Assembly (NCBI GenBank): GCA_965198005.1
Contig: CBDAOI010000004.1
Span: 1,799,257 to 1,863,256, forward strand
Direction: 5' to 3'
DNA length: 64,000 bases
From: Spirochaetia bacterium
GTDB lineage: Bacteria; Spirochaetota; Spirochaetia; SZUA-6; Bin103
Numbering within the stretch: the stretch's first letter is position 1; every line of letters starts with the position of its first letter. The notes under the pieces are model-generated. The model saw nothing but the letters and a program-made list of their open reading frames with translations, was not told the origin of the DNA and did not search any database. This document shows, piece by piece, positions 7,395 through 17,002 of this stretch. Position numbers and translations under genes: made by a program.

Positions 7395-9424
7395 GACTCC
7401 ACCTTTGTGATCTTCAGACTCGAGCTGGACTTTCCGGGGATAAGATAGTCTCCGCGATATAGATACGCCGTCTTTACGAACGGTGGCCCGTCTTCCGGAT
7501 CCAGCACCGTCAATCGGTGCCGGTCATAGCCGGACTCCGTCGTGGAGCCTTCAGTAAACCTGTTTAGCAATCCGCGCTCGCTGGCGGTCTGAAGCCGGAG
7601 GCGTGCGATATTGGGGTGGATTCCTTCGCGGATGATCAGTTCCTCCAACCAGCTCCCAGTTGCGACCCAACCGCCACCCGGTTCTATGCTGTCATATGCG
7701 GAAACTGCGATCGTCGCGAATGAACGGTCGTCGGGCTCGCGAGGCGTGGTGAAAAAGCCGGCGCCATACACAAACGCTCCAAGGCCCGTAAGCTCCGCCA
7801 GTGCGACGCACGTCGACTTGGATCGTCCAAACGCGTGTGGGTCCACGGGATCGCCGACGGGCTGCTCCGCTAGCATCCCTTCCAACACGGCATATGACGG
7901 GAATGGGAGCAGGGCCTGACGCAGGTCCCTGCTGTCCCCGCTCCGAAGAGCAATGGCGAGCGGAGTCAGGGGCGGGGCTGCGGACCAACTCTCTTCGTCT
8001 GTAGTAATTGCGTGGCCGGACTGGAGATACCGACGGTATTCACCTATTCCGCCCAAGACGCGCAGACCAAGCGTGGCAGCGACCACGCCGATCGGCAGTC
8101 GCTGATCCGTCTCCAACGCATCCACCAACCTGAATAGTCGGTCAATACTGACCCGGTACAAATGAGGCCTCGGCGGCGGTGAGGCGCCGACATCCGGTTG
8201 CTTCCGAAGAGATGGGCGAGATTGCGCCGAATCCATGGTAACATCGTAGTCATCGCGCGTCGACGACACCGAAGCGGGAGAATCGGAGGTACGGGCAGCG
8301 TCCGGAGTCGTTCGCTTGGCACTGATCCAGAGCAAATCGTCATAGGAATGATACGGGGTCCACGCAAGGTCTTCGCCGATCGCATCGACGACGAGGGCAT
8401 CGGCGTGGTCAGCGGTGGCCAGCCGTGCCGTGCCGAAGATGGTGGCAAGCTCCCATAGCACTGCGGGAATGCTTACCGTGTACATCTCCCCGGTGAACGG
8501 GTGCAGGTTCGTGCCGGCGAGCCGTCGGCCCAGGAACGCGCTAGCCTTGGCAGCCCGGAAGAACAGAGGACGCATACCCTCGGCAAGGGCCATGCGCGCG
8601 AGACCCTGGTCGCTGGTAAGCAAAGTCACCTGGTGACCGGCGGTCACCTGTGACTGGTATCTACGGGCCGTCTCCAGAATGAGCCGATCTGCGTAGGATC
8701 GTATGCTTCCGCTCATGTTCAGACCCTGTACCGAGTCTTCGACCAGAGAGGTGCGGTCGATCTCCACGTCAGAGTGCAGCTCGAGCTGCAGGAGAGCTCG
8801 CTGGCCAGCTTGGCTCTTCAAATGACTGATCAGCATGTCAGATCGCTTCGGCTTCGACGCCCGTCTGATGCGGAGAAACTCATCAGCCATGTTCACGATT
8901 TCCATCTGTACGACCGCGGGAACCCTCACTCTCGCCACCGGATGGAGGTACCTGGACACGAAACCCAGGCCACCCTGGATCACGCCGGACGTATCGCTGA
9001 CGACGGTAGTGGGCCGCCGAAAGGGCATAGCCGCCAACGCCTGAGGATCGAATAGCGGATGGCCCAGTCCCAGACGCACCGGGATCGCACCGAGCATGTC
9101 CGCTATCCGTCGTACCTTGTCCTGCTCTGCACGTTTTTTTGCGCAAGCCACAATGCTCGTTACGCCCAGGTATTCCTCGAGCCGCTCCGCGGTCTTCTTT
9201 TGTTCAGGCGTAAGCCACTCGAATGCGCCCCGCGCGACAGCCGAAGCGCGGTACTCGCGCGTGTCCTCGTGCGCGAACAGTCGGATCTTCCCTAGCGACA
9301 AGAATTCGGGCTTCTCGAACGCGCGCTCCTCCCGTACGGATATGGTACAGACGTTGTCGTTCTCGAACATGTCGGCGATTACGTCGGTGGCGTCCGTAGG
9401 TGACGACAATCTCTGTTCACTCAT
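7391..9424 (-). CDS. large PIN-domain protein, putative defence nuclease
   Basis: PIN acidic pattern VVSDTS, VQMEI, ADRLIL, LLTSDQGL in the N-terminal half; long C-terminal extension. Confidence 0.75.
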   Translation of the reverse strand: MSEQRLSSPTDATDVIADMFENDNVCTISVREERAFEKPEFLSLGKIRLFAHEDTREYRASAVARGAFEWLTPEQKKTAERLEEYLGVTSIVACAKKRAEQDKVRRIADMLGAIPVRLGLGHPLFDPQALAAMPFRRPTTVVSDTSGVIQGGLGFVSRYLHPVARVRVPAVVQMEIVNMADEFLRIRRASKPKRSDMLISHLKSQAGQRALLQLELHSDVEIDRTSLVEDSVQGLNMSGSIRSYADRLILETARRYQSQVTAGHQVTLLTSDQGLARMALAEGMRPLFFRAAKASAFLGRRLAGTNLHPFTGEMYTVSIPAVLWELATIFGTARLATADHADALVVDAIGEDLAWTPYHSYDDLLWISAKRTTPDAARTSDSPASVSSTRDDYDVTMDSAQSRPSLRKQPDVGASPPPRPHLYRVSIDRLFRLVDALETDQRLPIGVVAATLGLRVLGGIGEYRRYLQSGHAITTDEESWSAAPPLTPLAIALRSGDSRDLRQALLPFPSYAVLEGMLAEQPVGDPVDPHAFGRSKSTCVALAELTGLGAFVYGAGFFTTPREPDDRSFATIAVSAYDSIEPGGGWVATGSWLEELIIREGIHPNIARLRLQTASERGLLNRFTEGSTTESGYDRHRLTVLDPEDGPPFVKTAYLYRGDYLIPGKSSSSLKITKVES

Positions 9425-10339
9425 CGGACACTGACCGAAATGTTGGGTTGTTCTTCGAATACATCAATCAACCAGGATAGATGATTCACCAGCACACCTG
9501 CAGACTCCCGCCGCCCCGGCCGTTCGCGCCCATCACCGCCGACTATAGCGCAGGCTCCTCCGCACCGGCAACGGAGCCACGGCAGACGCGATGCAAAGTG
9601 CCTACGGACCGGGCCACGACGTAACGTCGAGCGCGGTTGACCGCAGGCAGGATCAGATGTAATGGGTGTAAGTAGGTGTCACGCGCCGGGAGGTAGCGGC
9701 TCCCAGCACCGGTACTGCGGCTGTCCCGGAGGTAGCGGTCGGCGTGATGGCAGGCGGGGGAAATGGGTGCGAGGTTTGCCCCCGTTTGGGCCGTTTGCGG
9801 CAGGGGGGTAGCAAAGCCCTCCCAGTCGATAGCACAATGGCTATGACTGGGAGAAATGCTTGTTGCACCATTCCGCGGCGCCGCGAGCGGCCGCCCGTAG
9901 ATCGGCATGGGGCTGACCGACAGCGGCCGCGAGTTCTGCATCGGCTACCCCCTCCGTCTCGCCGGCGCCCGGGCGCGGCCTCAGCCTCACCCTTGAGCGA
10001 CCCGCCGCGAACACGCCGCCGGCACCGCCCGTGCGACACTCCACCCTCCACAGGCAACCCATCGCTGGTGACATCCCCGGCCGCTTCGGTAACGGCCGGC
10101 GCGAGTGCGTCGACCTTCAGAGGCACCACGGCGTGGCATCCCGTCCGCGGAGCCGGCTCGTCGGTTGGGGCAGCCGCTGAAGCCCGCTACAACTGCCCCA
10201 ACGATTACATCGAGTCCTCTTCATCATGCTTTCGCTGATGGTAGCGCACGCCCTCTGTCAGACTCGGGTTGACCATTGCCATGTAAAGGTGTAGCTTAAC
10301 ATCAGAGAGTGCCAAACTGAATGACAAGGCGTATTCGTC

Positions 10340-10548
10340 GCAGCACGGACCGCCGCGAAACAGAGCGAAGTGTCTCAAGATCGCTGGCGAGCGGTTCTGG
10401 GAGTTCAAGGCTCACCAGCAACGCGTTATCCGGTGCTACGACCCAAAGAGTTTACGAAGAAGACTAGAGGCAGTCGCCGAGACGTGAGATCGAAGCCGGA
10501 CGGCGGGCATACCGCGAAGTTCAACAAGAACTCGATATTGCAAAATAA
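10340..10548 (+). pseudogene. RelE/Gp49-like toxin remnant
   Basis: Three frames give GPPRNRAKC..ERFWEFKAHQQRV / FTKKT / RREIEAGRRAYREVQQELDIAK*; the 5' end is missing. Confidence 0.7.
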
Positions 10549-10561
10549 GAGGAAGAACGAG

Positions 10562-10870
10562 GTGATCGAGAATTGGGGACAACAGTACGAGGGAGATCCT
10601 GAGTACGAGTTCGACCTCCTGGCAATCGACATCGGGGAACGCATCGTTGAGCGGATGGAACAACTCCGGATCACGCGGACCGCTTTGGCGGCAGCGCTTG
10701 GTGTGAGCAAGGCGCGTATCAGCCAGATCCTCAGCGGCCACGATAACCTGACCATGAAGAGTCTCGTCGCGGTTGCGGCCGGGTTGGGGAGCCGGATTGA
10801 GCTACGGTTGAAGAGCAAGGAGAGCAATACGAAGACGACGAGGGCAACAAGGGCACGCCGCAGATGCTGA
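10562..10870 (+). CDS. XRE-family HTH antitoxin/regulator
   Basis: TRTALAAALGVSKARISQILSG..NLTMKSL; GTG follows a GAGGA RBS just after the toxin stop. Confidence 0.8.
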   Translation: MIENWGQQYEGDPEYEFDLLAIDIGERIVERMEQLRITRTALAAALGVSKARISQILSGHDNLTMKSLVAVAAGLGSRIELRLKSKESNTKTTRATRARRRC

Positions 10871-11097
10871 TCTACAACGGTTCCGCGATGCTGTATGGTG
10901 CTGCCAGAGGCATCATTGAGACGGTGACGAGCCTTACGGGGTTCGGGCGGCTGCGTGTTCCAGCGGCAAACATCGCGACCCTCCTTCGCAGGAAGTAGCG
11001 CAGACAGACCCCTTTGCGTCTTGTGTCGTGTGCGCTGTGTGCGCGGTGTGCGCCAAGTGGTGTTGCCGGCGCGGATGCGGGTGGGCTATAGTCGGCG

Positions 11098-11397
11098 GTG
11101 ATGGGCGCGAACGGCCGGGTGGGCGGGAATCTTCAGGCGTGGTGGGACGATATCTGCACGCAGTGCGGGGCGTGTTGCTACCAGCGCGACCGGGTGGCCG
11201 GCGAGTTGGCCGTGAACAAGCAGGCGCCGTGCCGGTTTCTGGATACCGACTCCAATCTGTGCACGGTGTACGCCTCGCGCTTCGAGAAGTGCGCCGAGTG
11301 CCGGCAGGTGACGCCGTTCCACGCGCTGTTCTCCCGCTATCTGCCGGACGACTGCGGCTACGTCGAGAAGTTCCGCTTCTGGCGCAAGGCGAACTGA
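11098..11397 (+). CDS. YcgN/YkgJ-like cysteine-cluster protein (copy 2, identical protein)
   Basis: Same 99-aa translation as 4401-4700. Confidence 0.8.
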   Translation: MMGANGRVGGNLQAWWDDICTQCGACCYQRDRVAGELAVNKQAPCRFLDTDSNLCTVYASRFEKCAECRQVTPFHALFSRYLPDDCGYVEKFRFWRKAN

Positions 11398-11604
11398 ACG
11401 AACTGAGCGAACTGAGCGGCGGCGCGGCGCGCCCGGTGGCGATCACCACGTACGTGGCGCGGATGCTGACCGACGGCACGGCGGCGGTGCTGGAGTCGCG
11501 GGCGCCGCGTGGCCGGCGGGAAGCGGCTTCGAACTGACCTTCGAGCAGTGCGAGCCCGGCTTCCGGAGCGCCGTCGCAGCCATCCTGAACGGGATCACGG
11601 ACTG
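11394..11604 (+). pseudogene. PilZ-like gene copy 2 with about 170-bp deletion
   Basis: Lacks the sequence equivalent to 4795-4963; junction at CGCG. Confidence 0.75.
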
Positions 11605-11996
11605 ACGGCCGGCAGGTCTCGGAAGTAGGTTCGGTAGAACCCGCGATCGCGGGTCGCGAGTCGGCTCGCCTGCACCTGGGCATGGGCACCGATCACGAAG
11701 TCGGCGATGATCCGCTCACGTTCCCCACCAGCCGATCGGTACGCGCGCCACAAGCGTCCCGCGAGAAACAGTGCAGCGGTGTTGGAGGACTCACAGCGAA
11801 TCTGTGAATCGCGCAGAAAAGAATCCAACTCGTCGGTCGTCGTAAAGTTCGCGGCCAGCTCTGCGTAGACCAAGTCGCAGATGACCAATCGCCCCTCCAT
11901 CGAGCTGGCCTCGATCAAACCGGCCGACTGTTCAACGAATTCAGGATTGGGGCGAAGAATATCGAGCAGGATACTGGTATCGACTGCGGTCGTCAT
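11595..11996 (-). CDS. vapC: VapC family PIN toxin
   Basis: AVDTSILLD, VYAELA, IADFVIGAHA, LATRD. Confidence 0.9.
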   Translation of the reverse strand: MTTAVDTSILLDILRPNPEFVEQSAGLIEASSMEGRLVICDLVYAELAANFTTTDELDSFLRDSQIRCESSNTAALFLAGRLWRAYRSAGGERERIIADFVIGAHAQVQASRLATRDRGFYRTYFRDLPAVSP

Positions 11997-12217
11997 CGTC
12001 CTCGAACATCTTCGATGAATTCGTCCACCGACTCGCTCATGCTGCTGAGGTGTCCGATCCACTTGCGCAGGCGGGATTCGGCCGCCGGGGTCTGTTTCTT
12101 ACGCAGGATCAACTCTCCCCTCGATTCGAGGAACACGACTTCGTCATGAGGCTCCAGAGCGAACCTCACCCTCAACTGCTTGGGAATCGTCACCTGGCCT
12201 CGCTCACCCAACCGCAT
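11993..12217 (-). CDS. AbrB/MazE-family antitoxin
   Basis: MRLGERGQVTIPKQLR; ATGA overlap with vapC. Confidence 0.9.
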   Translation of the reverse strand: MRLGERGQVTIPKQLRVRFALEPHDEVVFLESRGELILRKKQTPAAESRLRKWIGHLSSMSESVDEFIEDVRGR

Positions 12218-12223
12218 GGACGG

Positions 12224-12252
12224 AATATGAATACGTAGATAGGATATGTCAA
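12224..12252 (-). promoter_or_regulatory. sigma70 promoter TTGACA-17-CATATT, probably giving a leaderless abrB mRNA
   Basis: The -10 box ends 6 nt before the ATG. Confidence 0.6.
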
Positions 12253-12271
12253 TCGCAGGGAGGTTGACGAG

Positions 12272-13180
12272 GTGATGACCGGGAGTGGCGGGGCAGGGGG
12301 CGTGGCGGGGCTGCGGCTGGGGGAGCTGGAGCTGTGGATGGTGGAGGACGTGCGCTGGCGGCTGGACGGCGGGATGATGTTCGGGACGGTGCCGCGTGTG
12401 ATCTGGGAGCGGACGGCGCCGCCGGATGCGCGCAACCGGGTGGCGATGGCGCTGCGCAACCTGCTGATTCGCGGCCGCGACCGGGCCGGCCGGCCGGCGG
12501 TGGTGCTGGTGGACGCGGGGCTGGGCGAGATGGCGGCGGGCGCGCGGTTTCGCGAGCTGTACGGGGTGACCGATCCGGCCGGGCGGCTGCTGGCGGAGCT
12601 GGCGGCGGCGGGGGTGGCGGCGGGCGACGTCACGCACGTGGTCTACACTCACCTGCACTTCGACCACGTCGCGGGCGGGGTCACCAGCGGCGGCGGCGGT
12701 GACGGCGGCGGGCCGCGGCCGGTGTTTCCGCGGGCGCGCTACCTGGTGCACCGGGGCGAGCTGGCCTACGCCATGCAGCCGGATCGGCGCAGCCGGGCCA
12801 GCTACCTGCCGGAGACCTGGCAGCCGCTGCTGGAGGCGGGGCGGCTGGACACGGTGACGGGGGAGCACGAGGTGATCCCCGGCGTGACGCTGCGCGACGC
12901 GCCGGGCCATACCGACCACCTGCAGGTGGTGACCGTGGCCGGGGGTGGGCGCACCGTCCTGTTCACCGCCGACCTGTTTCCGTTCGCCAGCCACCTCAAG
13001 TCCCACTACGTGCCGGCGCTCGACATCGATCCGCGCCGCACGATGGAGTCGCGCCGCCGCTACCTGGAACTGATCGCACGCGACGGCTGGCTGCTGCTGT
13101 TCCAGCACGACCCCACGTACGGACTGGTGCGCGTAGAACCGGACCTGACCGTCACGCCGATGTCCGGCCTCTCGGGATAA
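12272..13180 (+). CDS. MBL-fold metallo-hydrolase (YtnP-like), intact copy
   Basis: LDGGMMFG.VPR; THLHFDH; PGHT; ADL. Confidence 0.9.
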   Translation: MMTGSGGAGGVAGLRLGELELWMVEDVRWRLDGGMMFGTVPRVIWERTAPPDARNRVAMALRNLLIRGRDRAGRPAVVLVDAGLGEMAAGARFRELYGVTDPAGRLLAELAAAGVAAGDVTHVVYTHLHFDHVAGGVTSGGGGDGGGPRPVFPRARYLVHRGELAYAMQPDRRSRASYLPETWQPLLEAGRLDTVTGEHEVIPGVTLRDAPGHTDHLQVVTVAGGGRTVLFTADLFPFASHLKSHYVPALDIDPRRTMESRRRYLELIARDGWLLLFQHDPTYGLVRVEPDLTVTPMSGLSG

Positions 13181-13340
13181 CCCGATGCCATACCCCGCGG
13201 CTCGCGTACGCCCATGGCCATCGGATCTCCGTCTTGGCCGCACATCCCCGATGAGCATCGGCGTCTATTGCCTGGATTGGTGAGCCGCGAAAGCTCGGCG
13301 TGAAAGTACTTCGTGAATGCAACCTTGAGGTGACTGAGTT

Positions 13341-13712
13341 ATGAAATCGCTTGTCGGTGGTCATGTCTTTCTTTCGGCTAGCTTTCCGTCTGGCGAGAGA
13401 GGCGAGAAATTCCAACCTTTCGATGCGGCGGCAGTAGCGGACGCCGTTAGCGCTATCGTTCGTGCGGTGTTGGTGAGCGAAGGAAAGCTCCTCTTTGGCG
13501 GTCACCCGACCATCACCCCGCTTGTTCTGATGATCGGAGCTGAACTTCGTGTTAGGCGAGCTGTAGATGTCTTTCAGTCGGAGTGGTTCAGAGACGAGGT
13601 TACTCCGGAGACATGGAGTATCCAAGGATCCGATGTTGGAAGCATTCATTGGACTCCAAGACTCAGCTCCCGCGACGACAGGATTTCGGGAGGCGTGTGG
13701 GCGTCCCAATGG
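13341..13712 (+). pseudogene. SLOG (cluster 3-like) domain protein, 3'-truncated
   Basis: VFLSASFP...LLFGGHPTITPL...FQS.WF; the frame runs into the antisense of the next ATPase gene. Confidence 0.65.
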
Positions 13713-15233
13713 TTACGCCGACCTGCGTGCAATCGTTGGGCGTCTGCTGACACCTCCCTTGCGGCGCAGATTGAGACCGGAGAGGTACAGGTCAGGCACG
13801 TCTACGCGATTGTCCGCACGTCGCCGGAAAATGCCGAGCTCGATCAAGTAGTCGAGCAAATCGGCCGCTCGGTCGGCGGGCGGACGTAGCCCACCGGCAC
13901 GCTCCGGGCCCCAGCTCCCGTCCCAGTCTGTTCCAAGCAGCCTCGTGATCTTGGCCCGGGCCCACGGCACAAGCTGATCTTCCTGCAGCCTGATACGGAC
14001 TCCCTCCAGCCACGGCCACTCACTTGAAGTACCCTGTGTGACATGATTGTCGGAAACATCGTCGAGTGCCTGCCGGAGAGCCGTGGGATGAATCAGCCGG
14101 GGCGGACGCAACGATTGATTCGCCGCGTCTTTCCCGGCGGCTTGTTCAAGCAGCCGAACCAGCGATCGCGGACTCACTTGTCCGTTTCCATCCCGCAGAT
14201 GAGCAAGTACCCAGTTGCGCACAAAGCCCTTCTTTCGTTCGGCCCCCATGAATTCGCCGGCAAGTCGCTCCAGCAGGGACCACGCGTCGCGGGGCTCCTT
14301 GATTCGTGGGATCATTCCCAGAATGGCGTCCTCGTCGAACCGGAGTCGAGACCTCCGACAATACGCGGCGAGATCCTCAGAAGTGTTGGCGATACGCTTC
14401 ACCAACATGGCCAGCAGCGCCGCGTCGGACCACGTGAGCTCGGCTCGGTTGGCCGCGAGTTTGGCGAAGTCGGCCGTACCCATGCCGGCGTGCCACCTGA
14501 ACAGGTCTGAACGGAGGAAGATCTTGGCCCGTATCCGTTCCCAACGCCGGCTGTAGTCAGACCAGAAGCCGATCAGACCTCGCACCATGCGAGCCATCAG
14601 GTCCCAATCGAAACCGCCCAGCGTATCAAGCTCGTCGTAGCCAACGAAAACCCATCGATTCTTTCGTTTGAGTTTTCCCTCCAGCTCGTCGAGTGCTCCT
14701 GTTGGACTCACCTCCAGCGTTTCGTATGCGTGAAGGATGTCTCCGACTTCTACTGCCATCGGCGCCATTAGCGGAGTGAGCTTCTGTCGCTGATCCTCGG
14801 TAAGAAATTTTCCCAGCGACCGAACGAGCATCGCGTGCCAGATTTTCTTGGCATCCTCTTCCGAGCGCACCCATTTATTGAGTGCCTGGCTGTCGGGAAA
14901 ATCCGTGTGGGCCGGATATGCGGCCTTCCATTCCGATGAGTCGGAAAGAGCTTGTAGAGTCGAGGGGCCGGGCGCCCAGCGCCTGATCGAATCAGCCAGA
15001 TCGCGGTTTTCCGAGAAGAATGCCTTGAACAAAGCGCTCTTCCCGGAACCTCGGGGGCCAACGACTAGAACGACCTTCGTATCGAGAGCACGGAGATGCT
15101 CTGATACCGGATAGAGGCGTAATGCGAACAGCTCGTCAGTCTCCGTTTCCGCTTGCCCGTAGCCGAGATCGGTGAGCTGGGCACGTAGTGCCATGCAGTC
15201 CTGCTTGGTCAATCCCGGCGACCGATTGCTCAT
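13713..15233 (-). CDS. P-loop ATPase (Sll1717-like)
   Basis: VVGPRGSGKS, VGYDELD, KIFLRSDL, PR motif; ATGA overlap with the upstream gene. Confidence 0.85.
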   Translation of the reverse strand: MSNRSPGLTKQDCMALRAQLTDLGYGQAETETDELFALRLYPVSEHLRALDTKVVLVVGPRGSGKSALFKAFFSENRDLADSIRRWAPGPSTLQALSDSSEWKAAYPAHTDFPDSQALNKWVRSEEDAKKIWHAMLVRSLGKFLTEDQRQKLTPLMAPMAVEVGDILHAYETLEVSPTGALDELEGKLKRKNRWVFVGYDELDTLGGFDWDLMARMVRGLIGFWSDYSRRWERIRAKIFLRSDLFRWHAGMGTADFAKLAANRAELTWSDAALLAMLVKRIANTSEDLAAYCRRSRLRFDEDAILGMIPRIKEPRDAWSLLERLAGEFMGAERKKGFVRNWVLAHLRDGNGQVSPRSLVRLLEQAAGKDAANQSLRPPRLIHPTALRQALDDVSDNHVTQGTSSEWPWLEGVRIRLQEDQLVPWARAKITRLLGTDWDGSWGPERAGGLRPPADRAADLLDYLIELGIFRRRADNRVDVPDLYLSGLNLRRKGGVSRRPTIARRSA

Positions 15234-16534
15234 CTGGCGCTGCTCCACAACCGCTCGGCAAGGTCGCGGTACGGGCCTTCACGAAGGAGAATTGGCTCGG
15301 CTACTTCACTCAGGTCGCGAAACGTTGCCAAGCGTTCTTCATACGGCAGCACCACGGGCACGTGTGGCGCATCATCGCTCTCAAGGTCGCTGAGCGTCCA
15401 TAGTTCATCCGCCGCCTCATCCGGCTCAGCGTAGTAGTGGGCGCTGAATGCATCGCGAGCGCGCTCGGTGAACTGGGATACGAGTCCCTGAAATAGGGCT
15501 TCATCGGAGCGCGGTACCATGGACGCTGCCAACAGACATTCTGCCTGTGGCTTGCCTTCCCGGACACGGTCTCCTCCAAGTCGCTTGAGGACGAGCTCCA
15601 GCCCCCGCCAACTCGCTTCGGCAAGTGTGCCCAGGAGTACGTGGACGTGACATAGACCTCCAGTCAGAAATCCGGACACCTCCCCCAGTCCGGCACGGGC
15701 GTCAATCAGAATCCAGCGTGGTGCAAGTTCTCGTCGAATCTGCTGCAACAGCTCGACAAACGGGTGCGGCGTACCGGCCGACGGTCTCCCATAGTCGATG
15801 CGGGCCAGCTTGTCCACATATGCGTCGTCGAATACTCCTGAGGGGTACACGGAGATCTCTTCCGCGTCGGCGGCGGCATCACGGGCTACATAACGGTGGT
15901 GGTAGTCATCGGTCGGCAGCTCGGTCTCCTTCAGAACACGCTGTTCCAGAAGGTAGTCCACGATACCCCACTGTGCGGTGGAACCGTCATGTCCGGCAAG
16001 CAGGTAGCCGACTCCAGGCGCATCCAGATCGGCATCGAGAACAGCTACCCGATCGCCGCCTTTGGCGAGATGCAACGCGGTGGCGGCGAGCGCAGTTGAT
16101 CGGCCAACACCACCCTTGAACGAATAGAACAACACGATGGCGGGTGCGTTCCTTGCACGCATCGTCCATGGCGGATCGGGTGGCGCGTCGAACCAACCGG
16201 ACTTCGTCAGGTGCTTTTCCAGAATCCGGAGCTTGTCAGTTCCTTCGTGACGCTTGGCCTGCCGCCAGGAATCCTCTTGCCACGCGCCGTCAGGATGGCC
16301 TCTACGTTGTCCTGGAAGGACGCTCTTCGACCAATAATCCGCGCAGACCTCTCTGAGCTTGTGATCGATTTCGTTGCGACTTGATTCCCATTCACTTTTG
16401 GCACACCAAAGAATGACACGGAGCATGGACAGCACATCCTTGACGACAAGGATACGCCAGTTTGCAGGCTTGCTTTCGATCCACTCGATTAGAAACTCTT
16501 CAGCGAATTTGTACGCCTCGTTCAGGTGTTGCAT
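15230..16534 (-). CDS. ParA/MinD-like ATPase, KGGVGR variant
   Basis: FYSFKGGVGRST, DADLDAPG, IDARAG; TGATG overlap with the HEPN gene. Confidence 0.85.
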   Translation of the reverse strand: MQHLNEAYKFAEEFLIEWIESKPANWRILVVKDVLSMLRVILWCAKSEWESSRNEIDHKLREVCADYWSKSVLPGQRRGHPDGAWQEDSWRQAKRHEGTDKLRILEKHLTKSGWFDAPPDPPWTMRARNAPAIVLFYSFKGGVGRSTALAATALHLAKGGDRVAVLDADLDAPGVGYLLAGHDGSTAQWGIVDYLLEQRVLKETELPTDDYHHRYVARDAAADAEEISVYPSGVFDDAYVDKLARIDYGRPSAGTPHPFVELLQQIRRELAPRWILIDARAGLGEVSGFLTGGLCHVHVLLGTLAEASWRGLELVLKRLGGDRVREGKPQAECLLAASMVPRSDEALFQGLVSQFTERARDAFSAHYYAEPDEAADELWTLSDLESDDAPHVPVVLPYEERLATFRDLSEVAEPILLREGPYRDLAERLWSSAR

Positions 16535-16929
16535 CAGATCAGGCCTGCGCGAGTGAGGCCGCCGACAACCTTCTTGTAGACGTCGTCCGCCTCTGCGAGC
16601 CAATCCTGGGCGACGGATGCTGCAACGTACGGTCTCCGATAGCGCATTCGCGGTCTCCACGTCAGTATCTGCTTCATGGCTTGCGAAACAGCGATATATA
16701 GGGTGCCCGTACGAGACCCCGATAGCACTGCGAGCGTCTGTACTTGTAACTGTAGACTGCTCAAATCGTGAATATGTGGAACCTTCTTGTTCTCAACATC
16801 AATCATCGTCTTCAGCGCGCACTCGACTACGTATCCCGCGAGATATGCGGCACCATCGTAGCGATTGCTCTTCAACAGAGCCTGTGCATCTTCAAGATGC
16901 TTCAGAGCTGCCTTTGGGAAGTCGTCCAT
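16534..16929 (-). CDS. HEPN-domain protein
   Basis: HLEDAQALL...AAYLAGYVVECALK...HDL...W...RY. Confidence 0.8.
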   Translation of the reverse strand: MDDFPKAALKHLEDAQALLKSNRYDGAAYLAGYVVECALKTMIDVENKKVPHIHDLSSLQLQVQTLAVLSGSRTGTLYIAVSQAMKQILTWRPRMRYRRPYVAASVAQDWLAEADDVYKKVVGGLTRAGLI

Positions 16930-16949
16930 AGTACAGGTCGCATATTAGA

Positions 16950-16978
16950 AGCATGAGGAAGCGTGTATCATGTGTCAA
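16950..16978 (-). promoter_or_regulatory. possible sigma70 promoter TTGACA-17-CATGCT for the HEPN operon
   Basis: Consensus -35 with 17-nt spacing. Confidence 0.45.
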
Positions 16979-17002
16979 CCTGTGGGGGACGAGGTCGATG
17001 AG

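Larger units (their letters stand above)
10935..12313 (+). repeat. copy 2 of the segmental duplication
   Basis: Matches 4257-5406. Confidence 0.95.

Noticed and set aside
9543-10238. Several overlapping ORFs upstream of the PIN gene
   Set aside because: Arg/Pro-rich with no motifs; probably non-coding or decayed DNA
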